From assembly GCA_963711565.1 (NCBI GenBank), contig CAVQEQ010000001.1, positions 768,001-832,000 of the forward strand: DNA of 64,000 nucleotides, written 5' to 3'. Both the position numbers and the translations under genes were made by a program. A model generated the notes under the pieces. That model was not told the DNA's origin. It searched no databases and saw only the letters and a list, made by a program, of their open reading frames with translations. Source of the DNA: an uncultured delta proteobacterium (GTDB taxonomy: Bacteria > Desulfobacterota > Binatia > Binatales > Binataceae). Shown in pieces: positions 54,435-64,000 of the stretch (position 1 is the first letter of the stretch; each line of letters starts with the position of its first letter).

Positions 54435-56745
54435 GCTTCCTTACACGCCGATTCAGTGGCCCACGCCCAATCGAAACAGTCATGAATAGGAATGGTATAG
54501 TGACCAGGATCAAGCCCGAAGAAATACTGAACACACTGGTCAACGCATGGTCTGTCTTTGCTGACTGTGATGCAAAAGTCGGCTTTATTCCAATCGTCGG
54601 GATTTAATACCCCATCATCGTATGGATTATGGCGGTCTTTAGGGTACATACCTTTGCACGTGTTCCTATTGGGGGCGCAAAGGAACATGTGAGGTATAGG
54701 TCTCGGTAGTTCTACACATAACAGGGTGTCAAGCCCGGTTGGATCGGTCAAATTGGTCGGGCTATTCCCCGCGTACCCGTAGAGATTGATCCCGCCCTTA
54801 AAGCCGACCGGGTCTTGTGAGATGAACCTTCCCGGCGAGGGCGAGTAATATCTATGCCGATTAAAATACAGTCCGATGCCGTCGTTTTCCCGGCCGGTGA
54901 ACTGGTACGGGTTCGCGCTTGCTTGCCCGGTCGCTGCGGAATTACCGAACGGGTCGTATGTATACGAGGTCTGTTGCGTTCCACTAGAGTCGGTGAGGGC
55001 GAGCGTGCTGCCGAGTATATCGGTCAAGTAATCTCGGGCGCCGGCCGAGTCGGTGCGCTGCAAGTACTCATCAATGCCAAGACCCGTCAACATGTTGGCG
55101 CTCGGGGCGCCATTCTGAAGCTCCTGGACCGGATTCATGCCGTCGTAGAGGAACTGCGTAGACGTACTGTTGACCGTCTTCTGTGCGCGCCTACCGTCGG
55201 CGTCGTACGCGAAGCTCGCAGCATTAGGACCGGCGATCGCCGTCAGGTGATTTCGGGCATCCCAGTTGTAAGTGCTCGTCCCGTCGTTGGCGAGATTGCC
55301 GTTGGCATCGTAGGTCTGCGGCGTTCCGTTGAACGAGGTCATCTCATTGGCCGCGTTGAAGGTATTACCGCTAACCGGCTGCGGCAGCCCGGTCTGCGCG
55401 AAGCTGCCGGTCTTCTCAATCACCCGGCTGTCCGCGTCGTATGCGTACTCGAGATCGCCCACCGGATTGCTTGCCAGCGTCCAAGTCATCGCCGTCACCC
55501 GCGAATCGTTGTCGTAAGTATATGTCAGCACTATGCCGTTGGGCAAAGTCAACGAGGTTCTGCGGTCCGCGCTGTCATAGCCGAACGGGATCGACATGCT
55601 CCCCTGCGTAATCCCGATCAGTCGATTGGCATTGTCCCATCCGTAAGATACCGTCGGCTGCCCCACCACCGTCATCGTCTGACGCCGGCGGGCGTTGTCG
55701 TAGAAATAGCCAACTTCGCCCTGCGCGGTCTGCTCGTCCGTCAGGTCGTCCAAGCCGTCATACTGCCGGACGGTTGTCCCCGCAATCGAGTCGACGATCT
55801 GTGTGATGCGGTCTCCGGGATCGAATGTGTAGCTGCTCGTGCTTTCGTAGCTGCCGCTGGCGTACCCGAAGCCGGCGAATTTGCGCCGGTTGATCCCGTC
55901 GTACTGATAGACGGTGGTCTGGCCGCGGCGGTCGGTGTGGCCGGTCAGGTTGCCGTTGCCGTCGTAGCCGTAGGTCTCGGTCGCCAGCAGCGGGTCGGTC
56001 CGGGAAGCCTTGCGATTCATCGGGTCGTAGGTATAACTGGTCACCCCGCCGTTCGCGTCGGTCACGGTCGTCAGATTGCTGTTTTCGTCGTAGCCGAACT
56101 TCGTCAGGTGGCCGTCCGTGTCCATGCTCTGGGTCAGATCGTCCAGCGGCGAGTAGGAAAGGTTGGTGGTGCTGCCCAACGGATCCTCGGTCCAAATCGT
56201 ACGGCCCGCCGCGTCCGAGAAAAAATAGCTGGTGTTGCCGAGCGGGTCGGCGATCGAGGTCAGATCACCGTTGGTATAGGCGAAGTGTGTGGTGTCGCCG
56301 AGTGCGTCGGCGTATGAGATCAAATTGCCCTCGGTATCGTGATTTTCCGTGGTCTGATGCCCGAGCGGGTCGGTAATGGTCTGGACGTTGCCGTTGCCGT
56401 CGAGGCTGAAGGTCCAGGTGTGGCCAAGCGGGTCGGTCACGCTGGTAATCTGGCTGAAGTTGGGGTCGTACTGGTATGAGGTGGTAGCCGGGCTGGAGGT
56501 CCCCGCGAGCTGGGTCTCACTTAGAGTGTTTCCCAGAGAATCGTAGGTGTATGCCGTTGTTCGACCTAGCGCATCAGTCTTGGACTGAACGAGATTGGTG
56601 TTCGGGTCCCGTGTGTAGGTCGTAGTCTGCTGCTCCGGATCACCTTGCGCCAGCACATCCTTGGTAAGGAAGCCGTTGGAATTGAACTCCATGTGGCGGA
56701 TGTAGCCATTTGGATCGGTATATTCGGTCACGTCCGTTGATGGAT
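54407..56745 (-). pseudogene. Longest Rhs/YD core with tip A, 5'-truncated
   Basis: About 780 aa of YD repeats (TDPLG, YD..GN), Rhs-associated core, DPTGL; no N-terminal trafficking domain. Confidence 0.85.
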
Positions 56746-56772
56746 TCTCCGCGATGTCCGAAATCGCGGAGA
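56746..56772. repeat. Perfect 10-bp inverted repeat at the junction of the two Rhs arrays
   Basis: TCTCCGCGAT-gtccgaa-ATCGCGGAGA. Confidence 0.75.
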
Positions 56773-56789
56773 CTGGAGTGTGGAGCAGA

Positions 56790-58059
56790 AGCATCATTTG
56801 CGTACGATGCCACCGGTCGGCGTACCCAAGCGGTATTGCCCAATGGAGTTGCTCTGACCTATGGTTACGACGTGGGACCCCGGATCAATGAGCTGACCTG
56901 GTCGGGTCCACTGGGTCAGATCGGCAATCTCGGCTATGTATATGACGCGGACGGCCGCGTGATTCAGAAGACCGGTAGCTTCGCGCAGGTCGTGCTACCT
57001 CAGACCATCAACGGAAACAGTTTCAACGCCGCGAATCAGATGGTGGCATTCAATGGGACACCTCTAACCTACGATGCCAACGGCAATTTGACCAACGACG
57101 GTACTAACACCTACTCTTGGGACGAGCGTAGTCGACTGGTAGGGATTAACGGTTCAACGGGTGGGCCAACAAGCTTCACGTATGACCCATTTGGACGGCG
57201 CGCCAGCAAGACTGTCGGCGGTGCGACCACCCAGTTTCAATACGACGGTACTCGAGTAGTTCAGGAAATTCAGCCCGGGGCTGGCAATGTCTTGACGGAT
57301 ATGGGGTTCAGCCGCACGGACTTGGCCGGCAATATGACCTTCCTGGGCGACCTCCTCGGAAGCGTAATCGCGCTGGCCAGCGATGCCGGCGCTGTCGCTA
57401 CGCAGTATTCATATGAACCATTCGGAGCATCGGTTGCCAGCGGCGCGACCAGTACCAATCCGTACCAGTTTGCTTTTCACCAGAACGACGGCACCGGCTT
57501 GTACTACTACTCAGCGCGTTACTACAGTCCAACACTTGCGCGTTTCATTAGCGAAGATCCATCTGGCACACGCGGCGGCATCAATCTGTATGAGTATGCG
57601 GCCGATCAGCCGGTGACATTTGAAGATTCAACAGGCTTGAATCCGGATGATGGAAATGGGTCATGCAGACCCTGTACAATCTACCTAAGGTCTCACCCGG
57701 CCTTCTGGGGATTGGTTGATCAGCGCCACTATTTCTGGGAAACACTCGACAGCGGCGACCAACCTGGAAACAGACAGTTTGATTCGGGCGAAGATGAAGA
57801 TGGCTATCTGAATCATACTACCGCAAAGACAGATGATAACGAGTCAGATCCTCCGGCCTATCCCCCGATAGGACCCTCGACGGAGGTCTGCCGCAGAGTA
57901 GCTGATGTACGGAGTGCTGGGGCGGCGTGGCCAAATTGGATTTTTGGTTATTGGTGGACTGGGCCGAATAGCAATACCGTTGCCGGCTACATAAACAATT
58001 TTTCCGGAGTCGGCTTCAATCAGCCACCAGACTCTTTGGGTTGGCGCTGGAGTCCGTGA
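56790..58059 (+). pseudogene. Orphan Rhs module P1 (divergent core, His...GPNSNT tip)
   Basis: YDADGRVIQKTGSF, ARYYSP..RFISEDP..NLYEYA..PVTFEDSTGL; no true start. Confidence 0.85.
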
Positions 58060-59087
58060 GCGCTCTTTGTGGCATGAAGAGTGTGGGATCGATGGTGGTG
58101 GCTATGGTTGTACTAGCGCCGATGGTATCAATGCGGGCTCAAGCGGCTGCGAACCCCGGGAACGATTCGCGCGCTGTCGCCGCAATGTTGAGCCAGTACG
58201 AAACCGTATTCTACACGAATACGGATCTATCCTCGAAATTTAGTTCCTTCAAGGGACTTTCCAGGCAGGTCGCCGGAGCATTGAGCGTCCCCTTCGGAGA
58301 TTTGATCTATTGACTCGATTTGTTGGGCCCATACGCCTCGGCTGATTTGCTTGCAAAGAGCGAAGCCGTTCTCATGGGTGGCAAAGGCTTTGTCCCGTCC
58401 GAGGGCGAGGGGGCGGCGCAAGTGTCGCGTTTCTGTTACATAGTTACCTTCGGAGTAGAGGGCCAGCCGGATTTTCAAAAATACGCCGCGAAAGCACATA
58501 AGACATCGATGGCGGGAGGAACGGTGTGGAGTTGGCAGGTACACTCGCCGGACCCTCGTGGGCAGACCGTCACTTACTATGCAGCTCAGATTCGCGATTC
58601 CTATCTAGTGGTTTCGAATGACCTCGGTGAACTTCAAGCGATCACGAGAAAATTGACCTCTTCGGGTGACTTTTCTACGACGCTCAGCGGTATTCGCGAC
58701 TGGATAATCCTGGGTCAGCATGAATATTGGGGATATCGGCGCGTGCGACATGACGGGGTTGTCGAAAAGGACGCGTCCAGGCTGGAGTCTACGTTGCCCG
58801 GCGCTGAGACCATCATCATGTTCGCCGACATCAAAAGGAAGATCGCGATAGTCCGGGTGCTCGGTGTTCACGCAAACAAAGTTGTCGAGATGACGAAACA
58901 AAGGGACGAACAACAGCGGGACGCGCTGAAACGTTTGGGCCTGCGGCAGTCATTCGCTGCGCCGCAAGAATTCAAAGCAACCGACCCCAGGACTCTGGAA
59001 AAGATGTTCAGCCTCTCCGGCGGCGAGCAGAGCGAAGGCGAGATAGTCACTTCAATGGGGCTGTTCGGCTTCGAGATGATCATTTGA
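58056..59087 (+). pseudogene. Exported protein interrupted by in-frame TGA (58311-58313); putative immunity
   Basis: GTGA overlap with the P1 stop; signal peptide ...MRAQAAA; ORFs 58041 and 58320 are in the same frame. Confidence 0.6.
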
Positions 59088-60136
59088 AAGCCATCGTCCA
59101 AATGACCGTCCGAAGATGTGTGGCTATGACCGCTGCATTAGTAAGCGCATTCGGCGTCGCGATCGCGGCTGATTCGAGCTCGACTCCGTCCGCTGCAATT
59201 TTCGTTGCTAACATTCACGGCTACGTGACTGTGTATCCACTTGGCAGCAACGGCGACGCAGCTCCTATCTCTACCATAGAAGGCGCTGCCACTCAGTTGG
59301 GCAGTCCCGAAGAGATCACGCTTGATTCAAAAGGCAATATCTATGTGACCAGCGAGGTGTGGAACGCAGGCGCCTACGCGGGCGACAGCGTAGTCGTGTT
59401 TTCCGCCGGCAGCAAAGGTAACGCCAGTCCGATCGCAACTATCGGCGGTCCCCACACGAGAATGCGTGGCGTACATTCGATAGCTGTGGATTCAATGGGT
59501 AGTATCTATGTGGGGGCGATTGAACCGGCCCCCGCCGGCGTGCGTATCTTTGCTGCCGGGAGCAATGGCGACGTAAAACCGCGCGCTGACATCGGCGGCT
59601 CCAAAACCGAATTGCAAGGCGCCAGCGGGATCGCGGTAGATCCGAAAGGTACACTCATAGTTGCGAACTTATCTGGGTTGCCCACGGGTAGTGGCGTCCT
59701 CGTCTTTCCGGCTGGCGCCGACGGTGACTTGAGACCCAGCGCGACCATCAGCGGAGCTAAGGCGGGTATCGACTGGCCAGCTGGCATTGCCCTGGATCCG
59801 CTTGGCAACATTTATCTTGCGGATGCAGGTCGCCACGGTTCACCCGCCAGCATCAGAGTCTACTCAGCCGGCAGTAACGGTGATGTGCTCCCCACGGTCA
59901 CGATAAGCGGCTCCAACACGGGTCTCAATGGACGCACCGTGCGGGGCATCGCATTGGACTCCGCAAATAACATGTACGTCACGAGCGATGGCCATGACTC
60001 CACAGAGAGCAGCATCACGGTTTTCAAGGCCGGCAGCAATGGCAACGTCAAGCCCATGGCCGTGATCAGTGGAGATAACACGGGATTGTCAGCAGCCGTA
60101 GGAATCGCAATCGGGCCATACCGCGGCACTCATTGA
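59084..60136 (+). CDS. Secreted NHL-repeat beta-propeller protein
   Basis: Signal peptide; about 6 repeats of P..TI.G..T.L....GIA.D..GNIYV...VF.AGSNG. Confidence 0.88.
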   Translation: MKAIVQMTVRRCVAMTAALVSAFGVAIAADSSSTPSAAIFVANIHGYVTVYPLGSNGDAAPISTIEGAATQLGSPEEITLDSKGNIYVTSEVWNAGAYAGDSVVVFSAGSKGNASPIATIGGPHTRMRGVHSIAVDSMGSIYVGAIEPAPAGVRIFAAGSNGDVKPRADIGGSKTELQGASGIAVDPKGTLIVANLSGLPTGSGVLVFPAGADGDLRPSATISGAKAGIDWPAGIALDPLGNIYLADAGRHGSPASIRVYSAGSNGDVLPTVTISGSNTGLNGRTVRGIALDSANNMYVTSDGHDSTESSITVFKAGSNGNVKPMAVISGDNTGLSAAVGIAIGPYRGTH

Positions 60137-60170
60137 TCGAGCCAAATTCGGCCTGAGGCAGGGCGCTTTC

Positions 60171-61092
60171 CTTCACGTATGACCCATTTGGACGGCGCGC
60201 CAGCAAGACTGTCGGCGGTGCGACCACCCAGTTTCAGTATGATGGCAATCGAGTCGTTCAGGAAATTCAGCCTGGGACCGGCAATGTGCTGACGGATATG
60301 GGTTTCAGTCGAACGGACTTATCCGGGAACATGACGTTCCTGGGCGACCTCCTTGGGAGCACAGTCGCACTCGCCAACGACGCTGGTGCAGTCGCTACGC
60401 AGTATTCGTATCAGCCCTTTGGGGCCGCAGTGGCTAGCGGTGCGGCCAGTTCGAATCCATATCAATTTGCTTTTCACCAGAACGATGGAACTGGCTTGTA
60501 CTACTACTCGGCACGCTACTATAGCCCGACACTCGGACGTTTTATCAGCGAAGATCCTTCTGGAACACGAGGCGGCATCAATCTGTATGAGTATGCAGGC
60601 GACCAGCCAGTGACCTTTGAAGATGAAGCAGGCTTGAGTCCGAGCGACGGGAGTGGGTCATGCAGACCCTGTACGATTCAACTAATGTATCACCAGGTCT
60701 GGTTTGTGCCAAAGTTTGCTGCCGAAAAGAATCACTTCTTCTGGGCAACTTGGAAGGAGGGAGGCACCGGCCTACGAACTAATTCTGGAGAATCGTTGCC
60801 TGACCCTTATCTTGACGAAAGACAAGACGTTGATACGGACAATCCATATCTTCCTGACCAGCGGCTATTCGAAAATGAAACTTCAACAGAAATATGCGAC
60901 CAGGTGGATCGTCTGAGAAACGCAGCAGACACTTGGGGAAATAAGGTAACCAGATATAATGTTTTGGGGCCGAACAGCAACACAGTCGCCAGCTATATTT
61001 ACCAGAAATCCGGTATCGGGTCGCGTCAGTCTTTCAGTCTTCAACCTAATGACCTCCTAGCGCCTGGATGGAGCCTAGGAACTGCTTACTAG
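60171..61092 (+). pseudogene. Orphan Rhs module P2
   Basis: Core homology begins FTYDPFGRR; PVTFEDEAGL; tip HFFW...GPNSNTVA. Confidence 0.85.
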
Positions 61093-61281
61093 GTGCTTAT
61101 TTCTGAAATCCCAAGATAGGACTCTGAATAGTCAGGTGAGGTTACTGTACTCTGCGGCCTTAGGGGCGTTGCGCAGATCTGCAGTGCTCAAAAGAGGGAC
61201 CTATCGTTATTCTTTATCCGAAGCGACAGAAAACAAACCTGATCTCATAGAATATCTTTTTCGAGGCTTCGAGATGATCGT

Positions 61282-62379
61282 ATGAATGTGCAAAGGTTTC
61301 TGAGGCTTGCCGGGAGCGTGATGGTTACGGTTTTCCTGCTGAACGTTAGCGGATGTGCTCTGGCGGCCGAGTCGGCCTCGACGCCGCTGGATGAAGCAGT
61401 TTTTGTTACAAATCTGGGCGGCAACTACATAACTATTTATGACTTGAAAAACAACGGCGACACGGCGCCACTCGCTAACATCGACGGAACCACCGTTAGT
61501 CGGGTGTTTGACTCAGTGATTCGAGGTGGCAGCGGGTTGGATGATCCATTGGGCGTAGCTTTGGATCTAGCCGGGAACATCTATGTCGGAAACGATTCGG
61601 GCGGAGCCAATTACACTGGAGCTATCGATGTTTTCCAAGCTGGTGCTCACGGCAGGGCAACGCCGATCGCCAAAATCGATGGTCCAGATACCGGGCTTTA
61701 CACCGTCAAGTCGATCGCGGTTGACTCGAAGGGAAACATCTATGCGACAAGACAGGCGTATCTCTATGATCGTTCTGCGCCGGGCGTCAACGTCTATCCG
61801 GCTGGCAGCACTGGCAACGTCAAGCCAATTGCAGTCATCAGCGGACCGAACACCGGTATCGATAACCTTGAGGGCATAGCAGTCGATTCCAAAGGAAGCA
61901 TATACGTCACAAACAATGCAGGTTCTGGAAGCATACTTGTGTTCCCAGCCGGCAGTAGCGGCGACGTGAGACCAACCGCTGTCATCGGACCCTCGAAAAC
62001 GAACTCGGTTGGCGCTCTCGCGTTGGATTCGAGGGCGAACGTCTACGTTGTGAGGCTCAGCGGTAGCGAGCGGTCTCGCCGCGAAACCATTGAGATATAT
62101 AGAGCAGGGAGCAGCCGCGTTGATCCGCCTATCGCGACCATTAGTGGCCCGAAAACTGGGCTTGCCGATCCGAATTACACGATTCGTGGAATCGCAATTG
62201 ATTCAATCGGAAATATCTACGTGGCAGTTGAGGACGAAGGCCTTGCACCAGGAAGCAAGCTGATTGTTTACGCATCAGGAAGCGACGGCGACGTTTCGCC
62301 CAAGGCCATTATTGAAGGTCCGCATACGAGACTCAACGGAGCGCATGGCTTGGCTATCGGTCGGTTCAAGTACCCATGA
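61282..62379 (+). CDS. Secreted NHL-repeat beta-propeller protein
   Basis: Signal peptide ...ALAA; repeats ISGPNTGIDNLEGIAVDSKGSIYV; paralog of 59084-60136. Confidence 0.88.
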   Translation: MNVQRFLRLAGSVMVTVFLLNVSGCALAAESASTPLDEAVFVTNLGGNYITIYDLKNNGDTAPLANIDGTTVSRVFDSVIRGGSGLDDPLGVALDLAGNIYVGNDSGGANYTGAIDVFQAGAHGRATPIAKIDGPDTGLYTVKSIAVDSKGNIYATRQAYLYDRSAPGVNVYPAGSTGNVKPIAVISGPNTGIDNLEGIAVDSKGSIYVTNNAGSGSILVFPAGSSGDVRPTAVIGPSKTNSVGALALDSRANVYVVRLSGSERSRRETIEIYRAGSSRVDPPIATISGPKTGLADPNYTIRGIAIDSIGNIYVAVEDEGLAPGSKLIVYASGSDGDVSPKAIIEGPHTRLNGAHGLAIGRFKYP

Positions 62380-62469
62380 TTACTGCTGATTGCGTTCACT
62401 ACTCCGTCGCCTTGTTTCGTGCCCGCGTTGCCATGAAGCGAACAGGAACGGTTTGGTAGTCACGGATCG

Positions 62470-63956
62470 ATGGAGTCGATCGTTTGACCCAAATTGTCGA
62501 TTCTCTATACGGTACGATTACTCGCACCTACTACTGTATGGATGATTTGATCGGCGAACAAACGCCGCTGGGCGAGATCAGCTACAACTACGACGCCGCT
62601 CATCGGCTGTTGTCAACGATGGTGGATGGTCAGACGCCCATCACATACAGCTATGATGGAATCGATCATCTGACCGGTATGACACAGGGCAGCAGCTCGG
62701 CATACGATGCCACCGGTCGGCGTACTCAAGCCGTACTGCCCAACGGAGTCGCGCTGGCCTATGGTTACGATGTGGGCCAGCGGGTCAACCAGCTGACCTG
62801 GTCGGGTCCACAAGGTTCGATCGGCAATCTCGGCTACGTGTACGACGCTGACGGCCGCGTGATTCAGAAGACTGGTAGCTTCGCGCAGGTCGTGCTGCCT
62901 CAGACCATCAGCGGAAACAGTTTCAACGCCGCGAATCAGATGGTGGCATTCAATGGGACGGCTCTCACCTACGATGCCAATGGCAACCTGACCAACGATG
63001 GTACCAACACCTACGCCTGGGACGAGCGTAATCGCCTGGTCGGGATGAGCGGTTCACCCAGTGGGCCGGCAAGCTTCGCATACGACCCATTCGGACGGCG
63101 CGCCAGCAAGACCGTCGGCGGGACGACAACGCAATTCCAATATGATGGCAATCGAGTGGTGCAGGAAATTCAGCCTGGGGCTGGCAATGTGCTGACAGAT
63201 ATGGGGTTCAGCCGTACGGACTTGAGCGGAAACATGACGTTCCTGGGCGACCTCCTCGGAAGCGTAATTGCGCTGGCCAGCGACGCGGGAGCTGTCGATA
63301 CGCAATATTCCTACGAGCCATTCGGAGCATCGCTCGCCAGCGGCGCGGCCAGTTCGAATCCATATCAATTCGCGTTTCACCAGAACGATGGAACCGGATT
63401 GTACTACTACTCGGCACGCTATTACAGTCCCACGCTCGGCCGATTCATTAGCGAAGACCCGTCCGGGACCAGCGGCGGGCTCAATCTTTATGAGTACGCC
63501 GGCGACCAGCCGGTGACGTTCGAAGATTCGACAGGCTTAAGCCCGAGCGACGGCAACGGGTCGTGCCGGCCTTGCGCGATTAACCTGTGGTACCACACGG
63601 CATTCTATGTCTCCCCCTACGTTCACACATTCTGGCAAAGCATCAAAGACGGAGAACCCCGATATGACTCCGGCACTTGGGCGTTTCCCTTTCTCAATCA
63701 CACTACACACAAGGAAGATGACAATGATATGCCCCCTAACCAGATCGCATGGGGAACCGGATTTTCAACAGATGTTTGTGACAAGGTAGATCTTCTCAGA
63801 CAAGTGGCGGATTCCTGGCCGAACGACACCATCTTCTACGACCTCATGGGGCCAAATAGCAACACGGTTGCGAGTTGGATAAACACGGAAGCTGCTCTGG
63901 GTGCGAACCCACCAACGAACGCTCTAGGCTGGGAGTGGGGAACCGATGCTGAATAA
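62470..63956 (+). pseudogene. Orphan Rhs module P3
   Basis: TQIVDS..GT..R core, PVTFEDSTGL, tip HTFW...GPNSNTVA. Confidence 0.85.
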
Positions 63957-64000
63957 GTCATCGTTGGATGAAAAACATCGGTCGCACAATCCGAAGGAAA

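Larger units (their letters stand above)
48444..55290. repeat. ~2.1 kb near-identical direct repeat: 48444-50570 and 53164-55290 (offset 4720)
   Basis: Identical ORFs 49214/53934 and identical tip A; visual comparison of sequence, boundaries approximate. Confidence 0.9.

Noticed and set aside
56710-56797. Predicted starts of the two overlapping divergent Rhs ORFs
   Set aside because: The N-terminal residues are read-through across the junction, not Rhs sequence.
58311-58313. Selenocysteine or programmed readthrough at the TGA
   Set aside because: No redox motif context or evident SECIS hairpin; a nonsense mutation is simpler.
43745-63956. Repeats as a CRISPR array or a diversity-generating retroelement template/variable pair
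   Set aside because: Repeats are coding Rhs cores, differences are not adenine-specific, and there is no cas gene or reverse transcriptase.
43745-63956. Type VI secretion locus or integron cassette array
   Set aside because: No vgrG, hcp, PAAR or eag genes; no integrase or attC-like repeats between modules.

Overview
GC-rich bacterial window; the gene style (NHL proteins, AC-AAA-TPR cyclase, conserved hypotheticals) resembles Ca. Binatota-like soil bacteria, which is inference only. (1) 1-6.5 kb: Rrf2-associated sulfur locus with a cNMP-domain family 2 encapsulin, the N-terminus of its probable cargo at the window edge, cysE, cysK and a CmcJ/NvfI-family oxidoreductase. (2) 6.7-12 kb: crotonase, methyltransferase and a BKACE/CMD/AraC module. 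(3) 12.2-25 kb: decayed accessory region with many pseudogenes, an intact IS21 (6-bp TSD), IS3 and IS21 relics, and an intact cytochrome c-P460 fusion gene. (4) 25-43.7 kb: cusCBA-type efflux, AC-AAA-TPR cyclase, EEP hydrolase, and an RND pair plus cNMP-patatin operon. (5) 43.7-64 kb: two divergent Rhs/YD polymorphic-toxin arrays meeting at a hairpin near 56.75 kb, with no full-length Rhs gene in the window. The left array carries unrelated Cys-rich tips with varied immunity genes and a ~2.1 kb duplication. The right array carries three paralogous His...GPNSNT (Ser-type permuted papain-like) tips interleaved with secreted NHL beta-propeller genes; this is the best candidate for an undescribed system. 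No tRNA, rRNA or CRISPR array was seen. All family calls come from motif recognition, not database searches.
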